The position numbers were made by a program, and so were the translations under genes. The notes beneath the pieces are model-generated. The model did no database searches and had not been told where the DNA came from. It was given only the letters and a program-made list of their open reading frames with translations. From assembly GCF_026571515.1 (NCBI RefSeq), contig NW_026860451.1, positions 1-64,000 of the forward strand: a stretch of 64,000 nucleotides of DNA, read 5' to 3'. Shown here piece after piece: positions 1-13,900 of the stretch (the first letter of the stretch is position 1; each line of letters opens with the position of its first letter). The stretch comes from Ruditapes philippinarum. Lineage: Eukaryota.

Positions 1-514
1 CCTTTTTTAAAAAAAACTTTCAAAGAGTATATTTTTGTTAGAAAATTTAATTCAGAAAAAATTATGAATAAAACAAATTAAAACAAAGCATTTTTATCCA
101 TTTAATTGTTTATTGCATGTCACCCTTTTTATTCAACATGTGTTTTTTGGTTGTTTATTCAACAGATATCTCATAATTGATTAGAAAATTTGGGATTAAA
201 AAGTTAATTTTTATAAAAATTAAAAAATAAATGAATAAAATATATAAAAAATAATGAAAAATAAATAGATAAAATATTTTAAAAAAATAAAATAAATAAA
301 ATGATGAATAAAATATTCATAAATTATTTATCCACTTATTGTAACAAAAAAAAAAGAAAAATTGAACCCTTAATTAAAAATGTTCAAAAAAAAAATAAAT
401 TCGGATCAATGCTTATTGTTCCATTTCCAAAATTGTACAAATATTTCCGAAAACCTCAAAATTCCTCACAGTGATTGGATTGGCTTTGGTTTAAACATAT
501 TTATTTAAGCTCGA

Positions 515-672
515 TTGCGAAACAAGTTTTGCAACTTATATCACTTTCAAGTCCCCTTCCTGGAACCAGTCAGTACTGGTGTCATATGAACAAACATGGT
601 TGGACCCAACTAGGTCTCGAATCCTTTAATCTCTGGGTTGAGAGGCAGACACCCTAACCACTAGGCCACCCC
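515..672 (-). mobile_element. tRNA-derived SINE (degenerate)
   Basis: Minus strand reads GGTGGCCTAGTGGTTAG (A box) ... GGATTCGAGACC (B box), then CAGTACTGACTGGTTCCAGGAA, a core also seen near 5670, 19275 and 30180. Confidence 0.6.
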
Positions 673-1365
673 TCCCCTTAATCCCCTTTCCGTGTATCAA
701 TAGTCTGAATTATGTAGATGCTCAAAAGTGCCCTGATATCTATTTTAAGCTCTAAAGAATGTCAAAATGGCAGCACCCTGTTAACTTAGGAATTTTCTCA
801 AACTCATTATATATATGTATTTTTAATTGATTTTAATGTGTTTTCAATTTAATTTATTCACATCATGCATGTTATCTAAGAACGCTTCAGCCCTTGCTGG
901 GCCTATGGCCCTGCTTAGACTTAAGTGTTTTATTGATTGTCAAATACTTAAAACAAATAATATGAAAGTATGCAAAGTCTATGAGTGGGGAAGTCAGAAA
1001 AAAAAATATTTCATTTTTTATTTTACATAAATTTTCCATTTCCAAGGTGTCATTCGGTATTTCATGCCAGGCTTCAGTTTTTCATCGGAACACCTTGATG
1101 ATTATTTTTAAGGCAAAAAGTTGTGAGAAATCCTGCATTGATTGGTCACTCAAAAAAAAAAAAATAATATAATATATTTAGTAAAGGTATGCAACTCGCT
1201 GCCCATTTTCTAGCACTCATATGTGAACTCTTTCACTACAATATTTTTCCACCAAATTTCAAAAACAGTAGGGAATTGTTTACTTTTAAAGGGAATAAAG
1301 CTGTCATTCCAATGATTTAAGTACTGTAATAAGTAGATATCATCGCAGCTGGAATACAACAGACA

Positions 1366-1710
1366 TTATTATTATTATTATTATATACCACATTTCTATA
1401 GCACTCTTTTCATAAATAATAAATGTTCAAGAGTGCTTTACATAAATCTGATAAAACATAATCATATACAAAAATGTATATATATAAGACATAAGGTACA
1501 ATATTAATTAAGTAAACCTATTAAACAATAATGATAATCTAAAACCAGTAAAGGATGGTAAGAAACACAGACACATTTAGTTTAAAATCAAGGCTCAATT
1601 ATATTATCCTATAAAAGATTTGAACAAAATAAGAGTGTTAAAAAAGTAACAAACAAGAGTAAAAAAGAAACGAATTATAAAGTAAGACCCTTAGACATAA
1701 AATCAAACAT
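1366..1710 (-). mobile_element. 3' UTR fragment of the L2-type LINE family also at 55290-56997
   Basis: Reverse complement aligns by eye with ~56655-56997, including TGTAAAGCACTCTTGAACATTTATTATTTATGAAAAGAGTGCTATAGAAATGTGGTATA and the (TAA)n tail. Confidence 0.85.
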
Positions 1711-1981
1711 GGGACCACTGGGTTTTTGTGAAAATGTGATTTAAAATGAAAACTATCTTCACTTACCAGTGAGATTTCATCTTATCAGAGGCCTAAAAAT
1801 GGCTTCTTTCCAGTTATGTAGTTTTCCCAAATATTTAATCTTACACAAGTTTTGTTTCTCTTAAATTAGCAATACTATCTTATTTCTTTTCTCCGCTTAT
1901 TGTAGTTTATTTATCAAACCACATTTATATTCATGTGTATTGTTGATTAATTAAGATCCCAAATGAATTTTATTATTCCAG

Positions 1982-4900
1982 AAACTACAAGTAGAAACAA
2001 GTTTTACTGACCATTCCCACGCAGGCTGTGTAAAATGTGTTGCTATTTCTGGGAAAGGTGTTCTTGCATCTGGAAGTTCAGATGAAACAATAAGACTTCT
2101 TAATATAAAGAAACAGAAAGAGTTGGGCTCACTTGTTCATCACAATGGTAGGTTCTTATTTTGTTACCAGTAGTTACCACGTTAAATATCTTATTTGGAA
2201 ATGTCCATCTTTGAATCTGGACATGAACATTCTTTATTTTTATGTAAAAAAATGTTAAAATGTGTACTGACTGAATTGGGCACATTGCAGACCATTATCA
2301 GACAAAGGATTTGTGTTAGCTAATATTGATGTGCTCTGCTCAGATGGTTAGAATCTGTTGTCACACACGCAGGCTAAGGGTTAAAATCTACTGATACATG
2401 TATGTACATGTATCCATTCTGATTAAAATCAGCTCCTAAGGATCTGATTGGCACCAATAGGAGATCATCATCTCGTGAGACAAATACATTTTGTAACCAT
2501 TTTAAACTATGAAGAAGGTATTTTATATGGGTGAAAATTATTATTCAGTATTTGAAAAAGGGATTGCCATGGCATACTTAGTATGTGACAAAGTACCAAT
2601 TGAATAGTAAGACATGATAAGATAGTAATTCCTCAGTAAATGATAGAGATTGCTGACCGTATTTTTCAAAAACATTGACTATTTTATTATGTTTTCAGGT
2701 ACTGTAACAAGCTTAGAGTTTCATAAAGGTTTTTTATTTAGTACAAGTGAAGATAAAAATCTGTGCTTGTGGAAAACGTTTACATGGGAATGTCTTAGAA
2801 CATTCAAAGGACACCAGTGAGTGTTTTACTTTATATCTAAAAAAATTATGTTATATAACATTATTTGTTTGTTGGTGTTTTACATGGCACTGACATAGAT
2901 AATTATTATATATCATTTATATGACATTTTAAATAAAAACTGAATTTCTACCCACTCCCCCTTCACACACACACTTACATTAACTCTGCATAAATCAAGC
3001 ACCCAGGGGTAAAACCGCTGTTTTTAAGACCCTTGATAGCGTTCTTTTCATATATAGCCAGGAATTAACCTTGACCACTGATTCCTCTGGCTTATTCTCT
3101 ATGCTAAGGGTGAAGGGATTTAATTGTTACTATCCTAAGTTATGTTTGAAATACAGTACTACTAGACATTCCATGAGAATTTTTGATGTAACAGACATAA
3201 ATCTGTATTACAGGGCTGCTGCAGATTGTGTATCTGTACATCCGAGCGGAAAACTTGCCTTGACTGTTGGGCGGGACAGAGCATTACATACATGGAACCT
3301 TATAACAGGCAGATCAGCTTATATCACAAATCTTAAACAAGGTATATTAATTCACCTACAGATTCATTTGTGATAGGTGCTCAATTAATCCTTAATTGGC
3401 CTAGTGATATTCATTTTGCATGCTGCTATGTTGTTATGAATGATTTTCTTTACTTCTAGTTGAAGATATTATTTAATTCATTGAGTAAACTTTTATACCC
3501 TGCACTTACGGCAAGAGGCATAAAGGTTTGCCCTTGTCCATCTATCTGAAGGTTGACAAAGGAATGGAATGTTGTTCATAGACAGGATAGTATTGTTTTT
3601 TTTAGATCAATACCTTATAATGATTGGTTTAGACTCGCATCTCTTTATGCCAGAAATTTATTTATAATTTGGTACATTATTGATCAGTTGAGCAACAGAC
3701 CAACTGTTATAAATCCTTTAACTGTATTTTCACTGAAGTATTAGCCTAGCACAAGTATTATATTCAGGAGATTGTGAGATGGTTTTCTAGCTAGGTTCTA
3801 CCAAGGAGTAAAGACCTATTGACCAGGCAGGAGCTTTCATGTGCCCAGCATTAAGGGAGTAGTTGCAGTACTGGTCAATTCAGCTCCAGCATAGGGGAAT
3901 AGGTCCAGTACTGGACAATCTAGCACCAGCATAATGTCACTTGATAATATGTTATGTCAGTGTGCTTAGGCTTCATTTTATTGAAGCAATAGTTTAATAA
4001 GTTTGACATTGTTTTTACTACTTCAAGACAACAATCAATGTTGCCTGTATACCTGAAAATATGTAGAGGCAGAAGCTTGAATGAAACACACTCGCATTCT
4101 CAAGGTTTTTTTTCACCTTTTTGTTCCACAGTGGCTGAAAATTCCTATTATTCCCAAAATTTTGTCAGTAATCATTCACAATTTGGTTTTTGTTGGGACT
4201 CGTTTTTACCAAGGGACCTCAGAATTTTCTGAATGGGCAGATCAGTGACCATTTCTTAAGGTTTTGGAAAAGAACCACTGTCTTCATTTATTATGTTGAA
4301 ATATTAAAGGGAAAACAATTTAATTTTATTACAGTTGCTAGTATTGTGAAGTGGAGCCCTGATGGAGAGAAGTATGCTATTGTTATAGGAAACACTGTGA
4401 ACATCTACTCTGTGGAGGTGAGCCTGAGAATATAAGTATTTAACAAATGAGCCATGTCATGACAAAACCAACAAAGTGCGTTTGCGACCCGCATGGATCC
4501 AGACCAGCCTGCGCAGTCTGATCAGGATCCATGCTGTTCACTTACAAACCCTATTACAAGTAGAGAAACTTATAGCGTACAGCATGGATCCCGATCAGAC
4601 TGCGCAGATGCCCAGGCTGGTCTGGATCCATGCTGGTTGCAAATGCACTGTGTTGGTTTAATCATGGCGCGGCTCAAATATTGAAATCAGTATTCGAATA
4701 TTCTAATATTATTTTTCTTAGGTAACGGTATTGAGGTGTCCTTTGACCGACTTGTTAAGGTCGTTGACTTCAAACAACTTGCCTCTCACTGCTGAAGGTT
4801 TGAGCTAGCAAGCGTTGCTGGATGTGAGAAAGTTATCCAGCTAACTTATGGAACGTCAGTGTTTCTACTCCGGTGCCTGTTTATGCCTGAAATAATGAAA

Positions 4901-7900
4901 AGAAGGGCTCTTAGGGCCGACTCATCCTCCACCAGCAAAGCTGGAAAGTCTCCATATGACCTATACTTTGTTGTTGTGATGTTAAACCCATTCTCCTAAA
5001 AAAGCTAATAGTAGTCATCTGAATACTGTTACTGTTTCATTGAGCTATCTATATAATGTTGGGGAAACTAGTTTTAAAGTTGACTTGATTAAATATTTAA
5101 ATCTTTATTTTGTCAGATTTTCATGTTTTCTTTCCTAATAATAATAAATACTTTGATACACCATGGTTTTGATCCCCAATGATATTCTTGGAATTCAACA
5201 AATTCTGCAAAATAAATTATTTAAATATTTATTTTGGGAGCTTTTGTGTATACAGATAGTTCTGATAGGTATTTGCATGTTAGTAAGAGACTAAAATACA
5301 TTTAAACTGGCTGTATATTATCTTGCCAAAAACTAAGTTTTAAATCGTCGGGTGCAATTAACTTTTTTACTTACAGACTGCAGACATAATTTTGACAATG
5401 AAAGCTGAAGCTTCCATCAACAGTTTGGTATTTTTAAATGTAAGTACATGAGAAATATATAATGATACTAATTCTGTAAAATAGCATTAATTATTTTGAC
5501 TTGGTTATGAAGCTAAATAGTTGAGCTATGTTGTGATATAAATTTTGAACTATGCAGTGATATTTTTTGGTTTAAAATACATGTAGTAGCCACCAGTAAG
5601 TTTATATTTATTGATATAAGTTCAGTTTTGTTGAAAGCTATAAGCTTATTGAAACACTTTCCAATCGGTTCCTGTAACCAACAAGTACTTGTTCTAAGCA
5701 ATTAGTGCACGAAAACAAGGACTTGCTCCTGATGGGTTTGAACCCAAGTGGTCAGCAATCCTTTATTGCAAATTTATGTGCAATGCATGCAGCTAGCTAT
5801 GTAACAAAAAGCAAGGCCTCCAATCCAGCCTTCGCCTCTCAAACATTTTACAGACACATCAAAATTGTAATGAAATTGTTTTGGTTTTCTTATTAAAAAT
5901 GGCTTGATGATCATGTTATTTTAAAGTATTTCTTGTGTTTTATATATAATCAGAACGAAGTATGCTGCTATGGTGGAGAGGGAGGGGATGTCATATTTTA
6001 TGACATCGTCAGTGATAAACAACTATACAAGTGCGAGACCGGTACAAATAGGTAGGTTAAATAGGGGGTACTTGTTGGTGTACAATGATAATAGACTTTG
6101 TCTCACTGAAAAGTAAGAAATTTTCACGAGTTTCACATGTGCAAAGTGAGATATAGTCTGTTTTCACTGGAAAGATTTTTTTTCTTTTTGTTTTATGTTG
6201 CATTCAGCAAGGATTTTAGCCAGATGGTACCAAAATCGGTGCCAAGTTATTCCAGTTCATATAACGTTTCCACAAAAATGATAAAACTGTAAACCATTCT
6301 TATTTTGACTATGTGATAAGTAGACTGTCATATTCGTGTAAATTCACTACTCTTTGCCATACATAATTACCTAATTATAATGCAAAATTGCAAACATATA
6401 GCACCAACTTACAAATTAATACCCAATTTTTCAAATGTTCTGGAGTTTTTGTGATAACTCTGAAGATGTCCTAGAGTTCTTCTGATAACTTTTGTTGCTG
6501 CCAGTGTGTTTCTTGCGCTGAAGGATGAAGGTCAATACTTGCAAGAAATTTTACTCAAACTACCAGATTTTAAGCAAAAGGCGATAAAAATGGTACATGT
6601 TTATACATGAGTTTTTGACACATAATACAAGATGTAAGGCAAGCTTATTCATTAAAGTTTAATTTATCACCTAAATCTAACTTTTTAAAGATGAAAATTA
6701 CCATTTTTGACAAGTGTTTTTGTAGTATATACAAATGTTTTCAGACAAACTCTGTGACAGTTCTCCTGAAAAAGTTATCATAAGAACTGCATCTTTCGTT
6801 AACAGTTCCTCTCCCGTGGTACCATGCTCTCCAGAGGCTTGCATAAAATGATTTTATCCAACTTGTTCAATAAATAAAGTATTGAAACCTGAACTCTTTG
6901 TACAACATTAAAGTTTTCAGGTGCAAAAAAAAAGTGTCGGATCAACCCATTTGTTTTCAAAAAGTTACATACCATGTTCCCAACTACAATATGTAAAGTT
7001 TTAATAAAAAAAAGTGTTTTTGCAATAATTTTTGCAGGCCGTGTTTCTTTGACATATATTCACAAAAAGGACTTGCGAACTGTCACATGTGTTTTAATCT
7101 GCTCTTGGATTTATCTTTATTTAAGCAATAAAACATTGAAATTCTCTGGATTTTTTGGATATTATTGAACCTCAAAATCTCTGGATATTGATTTTGAAAA
7201 TGAAAAAGTGATTTGACTAGCAATTAAGCAAGGAACTGGTGAAACTAATCATAATTTGTATAAAATCTGGAAATATGTTATAGTTTTTACCAAAGGATTA
7301 GTACTTATCACTTACAAATATTTTGCTGTAAAAACAGGTATAATAGTTATATAGTGCTAAAATACATCAGGGTATTTATAAACCTTTGTGACAACAATAG
7401 CTGACTAAAAAGGTGATAATGGATCAAACAATGGGATTTAAATATTTCTAATTTTGAAGGCTTTTCTTTCAATGAAGTGTTAACAGACTGTCTGGAGATA
7501 GCAGAAAGCCAATATTTCTCTGTAAAAACAAGTGCTTGTGGAAACAATGTTACAATAACATTCTTTAAGAAAGAAATAAGTGACAGAATTAGAGAAATAC
7601 TACAACAACAATATACACTTGTTCCCAACATTGATAACACAGGCATTTCTATAAACAACAGAACTGTCATCCTTCAAAGTGGTGATCACATGGTATTATA
7701 ACAAAACAACCCTACTTATTCAGGGCAGTGGCAGTATATTGTGGACAAATACAATATTCAAATCTCTTGCCTCTCACATTGACAGTTTTCCAGAAAGTCC
7801 TCCTGACACTATCCTTGATGAACTGGACTCATCTGAGCTGACCTCAGTAGCTGAGTCTCCAGTTCAGACTTCAACACCTGCTGCCCCAAAAATCAAAGGT

Positions 7901-10900
7901 CAGAAATCTACACCAAGAGGATTTAAACACTTACTCTCAGACCTAATTTTTGGCCCTCCTGAATTAAATGCTCTTGTAAAATTAGCAGAAGAAAAGAAAA
8001 AAGCAGAAAAGATTCAAAAGAGGGGTGGACCTAAAGTAGATCTTGAAGAACTTGAAAGACAACGATCTATTATAGCAGAAACAGGGAAGAAACCAAAACA
8101 GAAACTTCACAAAATGCAACAAAAGAAACAAGCAGTGAATTCTTTCATCAGAACTGCAAATGGGTACGCTCATCCACCAATATCATTTGGGGATACAAAA
8201 TGTGAATCTGAAGAAACTTCACCTAAATCCTTGGATACTGAGTCAGAGCAGAGCTTTAAGCTGGCTAATCCTGTTCTTTCTATCATAGACAAATCAAACT
8301 CGGAAACCTCAGTGCCCGTCTCTACTGACACTACAGATCATATATCCTTTAATAATAACAGTGAAATTATCAATATGGATAGTGTTCCCCAGATTGACTG
8401 TGTAAATTTTTATGAGACCCCTAAAATGTATGAAAATCAAAACAATATTCAGCAATTTCAAAAGTTGAAAAAAGATAATGAAACACTGCAAAATGAAAAC
8501 GACAACCTTCAACATAAATATGCTAGTCTTTCAATAAAGCATGCTAGTCAAGATCAGCAAATTGCATCCTTGCAAAACGAAGCTGAATTTCAGAGAAAGG
8601 GACTATTTCAGATTACCAATCAAAAGACTCAGACTTAAATGCTGAAATTCAAATTTCCTAACGCTGAAATTGAAACCATGAAAAAAATCAAACAATTCAT
8701 TAAAACAAGAAAATAAGTCTCTGAAAGGAAAGATATCATCAAAACAAAATGATACATTTACCAGTGAAATCATTCAAAATGACATAGAGGAACTTAAGAA
8801 TACAATGTCAGAGTTTACAATGACAATCGACTCTTTAAAGAACAGAACAGAGAATCTTGCTTCTAGCACTGACATATATCTCCTTCAAGCAGAGATAAGA
8901 AATTACAAGAAAATAGTAACTGAAAACATGGAATTAAAACAGATGCATACAAGCGTTGATGCCCAAATTTCTTCTCAAGTGGATAACATGGCTGAAAACG
9001 CCTCAGTCGCACCAACAGAAAAATCTGAAATATTAGACAAAAACAATGGATCAAAACATTCAACAGAAAAAACAAAGGAAACCTCGGGTCAAAAGAAACA
9101 TGAGGTTCTGATTCTTGGTGATTCTGTGACAAAAGTGCTAAAGCCGAAAAAAATGAGTGGAAGTAAAATAAATACAAAAATCCGATCACACCCAGGTGCA
9201 AAGATCTGTGACATAACCAATAAAATTGTGAGTTCAGATGACAAAAGGATTCTGAAGGAGTGTGACGTTTTTGTCATACATGCAGGGATAAATAACATCT
9301 CAGACGGGGATAACGAAAATCTTATAACTGATGAACTAAATGATCTAACAAATCAGCTCCTAAAAGAAAATAGCGATGCTAAGGTGATAGTCTGCTCAGT
9401 GCTGCCAAAATGCAGAGATAATCTTGCAACAAAGATCATAGACACAAAAGTGAATACATCCATTAAGAATCTTTGTAAGCGTAAAGATCTCACATTTCTT
9501 GATAATACATCTGCTGTTATGTATCAAGGGACAGTTAATGATCAGTTGTATCAAGATGCTGTACACCTTACTAAAGGACGGGGAGCAGCAATCTTAGGTA
9601 AACAGATCAAAAGGGCCATATACTCGGCACTTGCCCTACCATATGAAAGTTCTGAGGATGTAAATTTTCCCAGGACAGCTCAACAACCAAAACATCCTCC
9701 ACATTACTCTCAATGCCAGCAAATGCAACAGAGGTTCCAAAGACCCCAGAGAACCAAAAATCAACTCAGGGAAAGAGCTCTCCAGAATCATTTCAGCACA
9801 CATCAACAGGAAACCTATTTCTCTCACTACAACTCATATCCCCATCCTCAAAAACGTATGAATTCCCATTCTCATCTACAGGACAATTCCCAGTCTTTCA
9901 AAAGCTTCAATACCCATCTTCAACAGAAGAATCCCATTCAAGTACATCCCCACTATCAACAGGTAAATACCAGTCCCCAACAAGTAAATCCCCATCCCCA
10001 ACTGGTCAATCCCCATCAGCAACAGGTCAATCACCATCCCAAACAGTTAACTCCCCATCAGCAACAGGTCAATCCCAATCCCCAACAAGTAATTCCCCAT
10101 CAGCAACAGGTCAATCCCAATCCCCAACAGGAAACTCCCCATCAGCAACAGGTAAATCCCAATCCCCACCAGGCAACTCCCCATCAGCAACAAGTCAATC
10201 CCCATCCCCAACAGGTAGCCCCCAATCAGCAACAGGTCAATCCCCATCCCCAACAGGTCGCTCCCCATCAGCAACAGGTCAATCCCCATCCCCAACTGGT
10301 AACTCCCCATCAGCAACAGGTCAATCCCCATCCCCAACAGGTAACTTCCCATCCTCAACATATCAATCCTCATTCCCCACAGTTCAAAATCCAACAGGAA
10401 AATCCCCATCATCAGCATGTCAATCCTTATCCGCAACAAGTCAGTCCCCATCATCAAAATGTCAATCCCCAATCACAACAGGTAAATCCACAAAAGACCA
10501 ATTCTTATCCTCAGCAGATCAATTCTTATCATCAACAGGACAATCATCATTCTCATGGAGTAGATCCTTATCCCTACAATGTCAATTCCCACCATCAACA
10601 GCTCAATCACCATCATCAACAGGTCAATCCATTTCATTACATGGAAGTACACCAACCAACTCAGTTTCAACAGAGCAAATCTTATCCTCAGATGATGCAG
10701 CAACAATCGATAACAACAAATCCATCATATTAAAAAGTGAAGATTGTAACAGTGATATCCTAAAAAAATTAAGTGAATTACGACAAAAAGATCTCAAACG
10801 TCCTTTGATAGCACATTTAAATATCAACAGTCTTAAATCAAAATACTTAGAAGTGCATGAAATTTTGAAGAGAAAATTAGTGGATATATTTATCTTATCT

Positions 10901-13900
10901 GAAACTAAGCTGGATGATAGCTTTAATAGCAACATTTTCCATTATAATGGATACAAAATTGATCGCCGGGATCGCAATAAATTTGGAGGGGGAATTCTTG
11001 TTTATTCACGTGATGATTTGCCATTCCGGAGAAAGAAAGACCTGGGGCCAGAAAATTTTGAATGCATGTGTTTTGAACTATCTTTAAATAAAAGAAAGTG
11101 GTGTATCCTGGCTCTTTACAAACCTCCTAATATCAAAAATGTGGATTTTACTAACACCTGCACTAATGTTCTTGATAGAACTTTAAGACAATATGAAAAC
11201 ATCCTGCTTCTTGGTGATCTGAACTTTGACATGAACAGGCTTGAAAAATCATCCACCCTTCGCGATATTTGTGATACATATAACCTTGAAAATGTTTGTA
11301 AAAGGAAACACATGCTTTATGAAAAATGCAAGTCCCTCAGCAATTGATGTTATTTTAACTAACAGATCAAATTTTATTTGTAACACAGAAAATTTAGATG
11401 TTGGTATCAGTGACTGTCACAATCTAGTAGCTACTACAATAAAAGAGCAGTGTTGTCAAACAAAACCTAAATATGTTAAATTTAGATCATACAAACATTT
11501 TAATGAGTCTGTTTTCAACACTGAAGCTTAGCAAAATTCCATTCCATATTGCAGATATTTTTGATGATATTGATGATTCATACTGGGCTTTTGAAACACT
11601 TTTCAAAGAAGTTGTAGATGAACATGCTCCAATAAAAGAACGCAAATTAAGATCACAAAAAGTTCCTTTCATGAATGGCGAATTGAGAAAATCAATCTAT
11701 AAAAAACAGCAACTAAGAAATTGCTATTTCAAATACCGTAATAACAAAAACTGGGAAAAGTTCCGCAAACAAAGAAATTTGGTCACAAAACTAAAAAGAG
11801 AGTCAATGGAAAAATATTTCTTTGAAAGGTGTAATGAAGGTCCAAAATCTAGCCACTTCTGGCCAACAATTAAACCATTTTTGACATCAAAATCTACAGC
11901 AAAGTCTGACAGCAAAATTATTCTTAATGAAAATGAGACCATAATATCAGACCAAAAGGAAATAAGTAATATTCTGAATGATTTTTATGTGAATATTGCT
12001 TGTGATATTGGTATAAAAACTGATGCTGATATTGATGAAACACATCCTAGCATAACACAAATATCTAAAAATCATCCATCAATAGATACTTTTCAATTTG
12101 CTCCAGTGAGCACTGATCAAACTTTTAAATTATTGAAAAAGTTTAAATTCAAAAAAGGCCATTGGTGTGGACAGCCTACCACCAAAGATAATTAAAGCAG
12201 GTGCGTATGCCCTGACAAATCCTATAACTTCGCTTATTAATAAAAGCTTTCAAACATCTCAATTTCCACAAGCTTTAAAACTAGCACAAGTTAAACCTCT
12301 GTTCAAAAAGGATGATCCTTTCCAAAAGAAAAATTACAGGCCTGTCAGCATCTTACCTACCATTTCAAAAGTTTTTGAAAAATCTATTAGTGCTCAACTT
12401 AACTTACATTTTGAAAACATTTTTCATGACTTTCTATCAGCATTCCGTAGAAATTTTGGCTGTCAGACAACATTACTGCGCCTCATTGAAGATTGGAAGA
12501 GAGCATTAGATAGAAATGAATATGTAGCTGCCATACTCATGGATCTGTCTAAGGCTTTTGACTGTCTTCCGCATGACCTGATTATTCTTAAACTTAAGGC
12601 CTATGGTCTGTCTGATGCCTCTGCTAATCTCATGCAAAGTTATTTGTTTAAAAGACAGCAACAAGTAAAACTAGGTACAATCTGTAGTGAGTGGAATGAA
12701 ATAAACAAAGGGGTTCCACAAGGGTCAATTCTTGGTCCCCTCTTATTTAACATTTTCTTAAATGATATATTTTATTTCATTAAAAAAGGTTCTGTTTATA
12801 ATTATGCAGACGACAATACCCTCTCATTTAATCATATTAATGTGGAAACTCTCAAAAGCACAATACAAGATGAAAGTGTTGTCATGATTAAATGGTTTGA
12901 AGACAATCTTATGCAAGCAAACCCTGAGAAGTTTCAGGCTATATGTATAGGCAAACAAACCTGTAAAAATGTGTCTAAATTCCAGATTCTTTGATGCCAC
13001 TATTCCTTGTGAATCTCATGTAAAACTTCTAGGTATTGAAATAGATTCCCTATTAAATTTTGATATTCATATCTCAAATGTTTGTAAAAAGTCAGCAAGA
13101 CAAATAAATGTATTAACCAGACTATGTCCTCTACTTAATCTGGATGCAAAAATTCTTATATACAAAAGTTTTATCAGATCCAACTTTAATTTCTGCCCTT
13201 TAGTCTGGCATTTTTGTAGTAAGGACAATACAAACAAGTTGGAAAAACTTCAATATAGAGCTCTGAAAATTGTTTTTAATGACTATTCATCAAGTTATGA
13301 AGATCTGCTTAAACTGACTAATATGTCTTCACTCCATATCAGTAGAATTAAACAACTCGCTATTGAAGTTTTTTAAATGTCTTAACAGCATTTCTCCTAA
13401 GTATGTTCAAGAACTTGTTAATGTGCGTTCATCAAATTATAATTTTAGATACCAAAAAACTTTAGATGTACCTAAAGTACGCACAACCAATTATGGTAAA
13501 AAGAGTTTTCGCTTTGAAGCATCTAAAATCTGGAATAGTTTATCTAATGATCTAAGATGTACATCTGACTTAAATGAGTTTAAACGACTAATTGAAACAT
13601 GGAGTAATGACAAGTGTGCCTGCTCTATGTGCATCTAATCGTTTATGTTCTATTTTACTTGATTCCTGTTTTTTTTTTTGCTTGTAAATAAATTTAGTCT
13701 TTTCCTTGAATTATGTACTATGTATCTGTATATATGTAAAACCCTGTTAATAGATATGACTGTATTTTTCATTGTAACCGCTCAGATTTCATTACAATGA
13801 CTATATAAATTAATTGTATGTATTATTATCTTATGGTGTCTGTTTATTTTTGTTTCTTTGTTTCTTATTATTATTTTCTATATTTTGTTCATGTCGGATA

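Noticed and set aside
600-672. tRNA gene
   Set aside because: A and B boxes present but no convincing cloverleaf, and it continues into a dispersed SINE body.
6240-7040. Separate TIR element or LINE 5' boundary with TSD
   Set aside because: No convincing TIR pair or TSD could be identified by eye.
10047-10706. Antisense ORFs with (GIDLLLM)n as a membrane protein
   Set aside because: Expected by-product of the reverse complement of a CAA/CAT/CCC triplet-phase repeat; interrupted by stops and without independent support.
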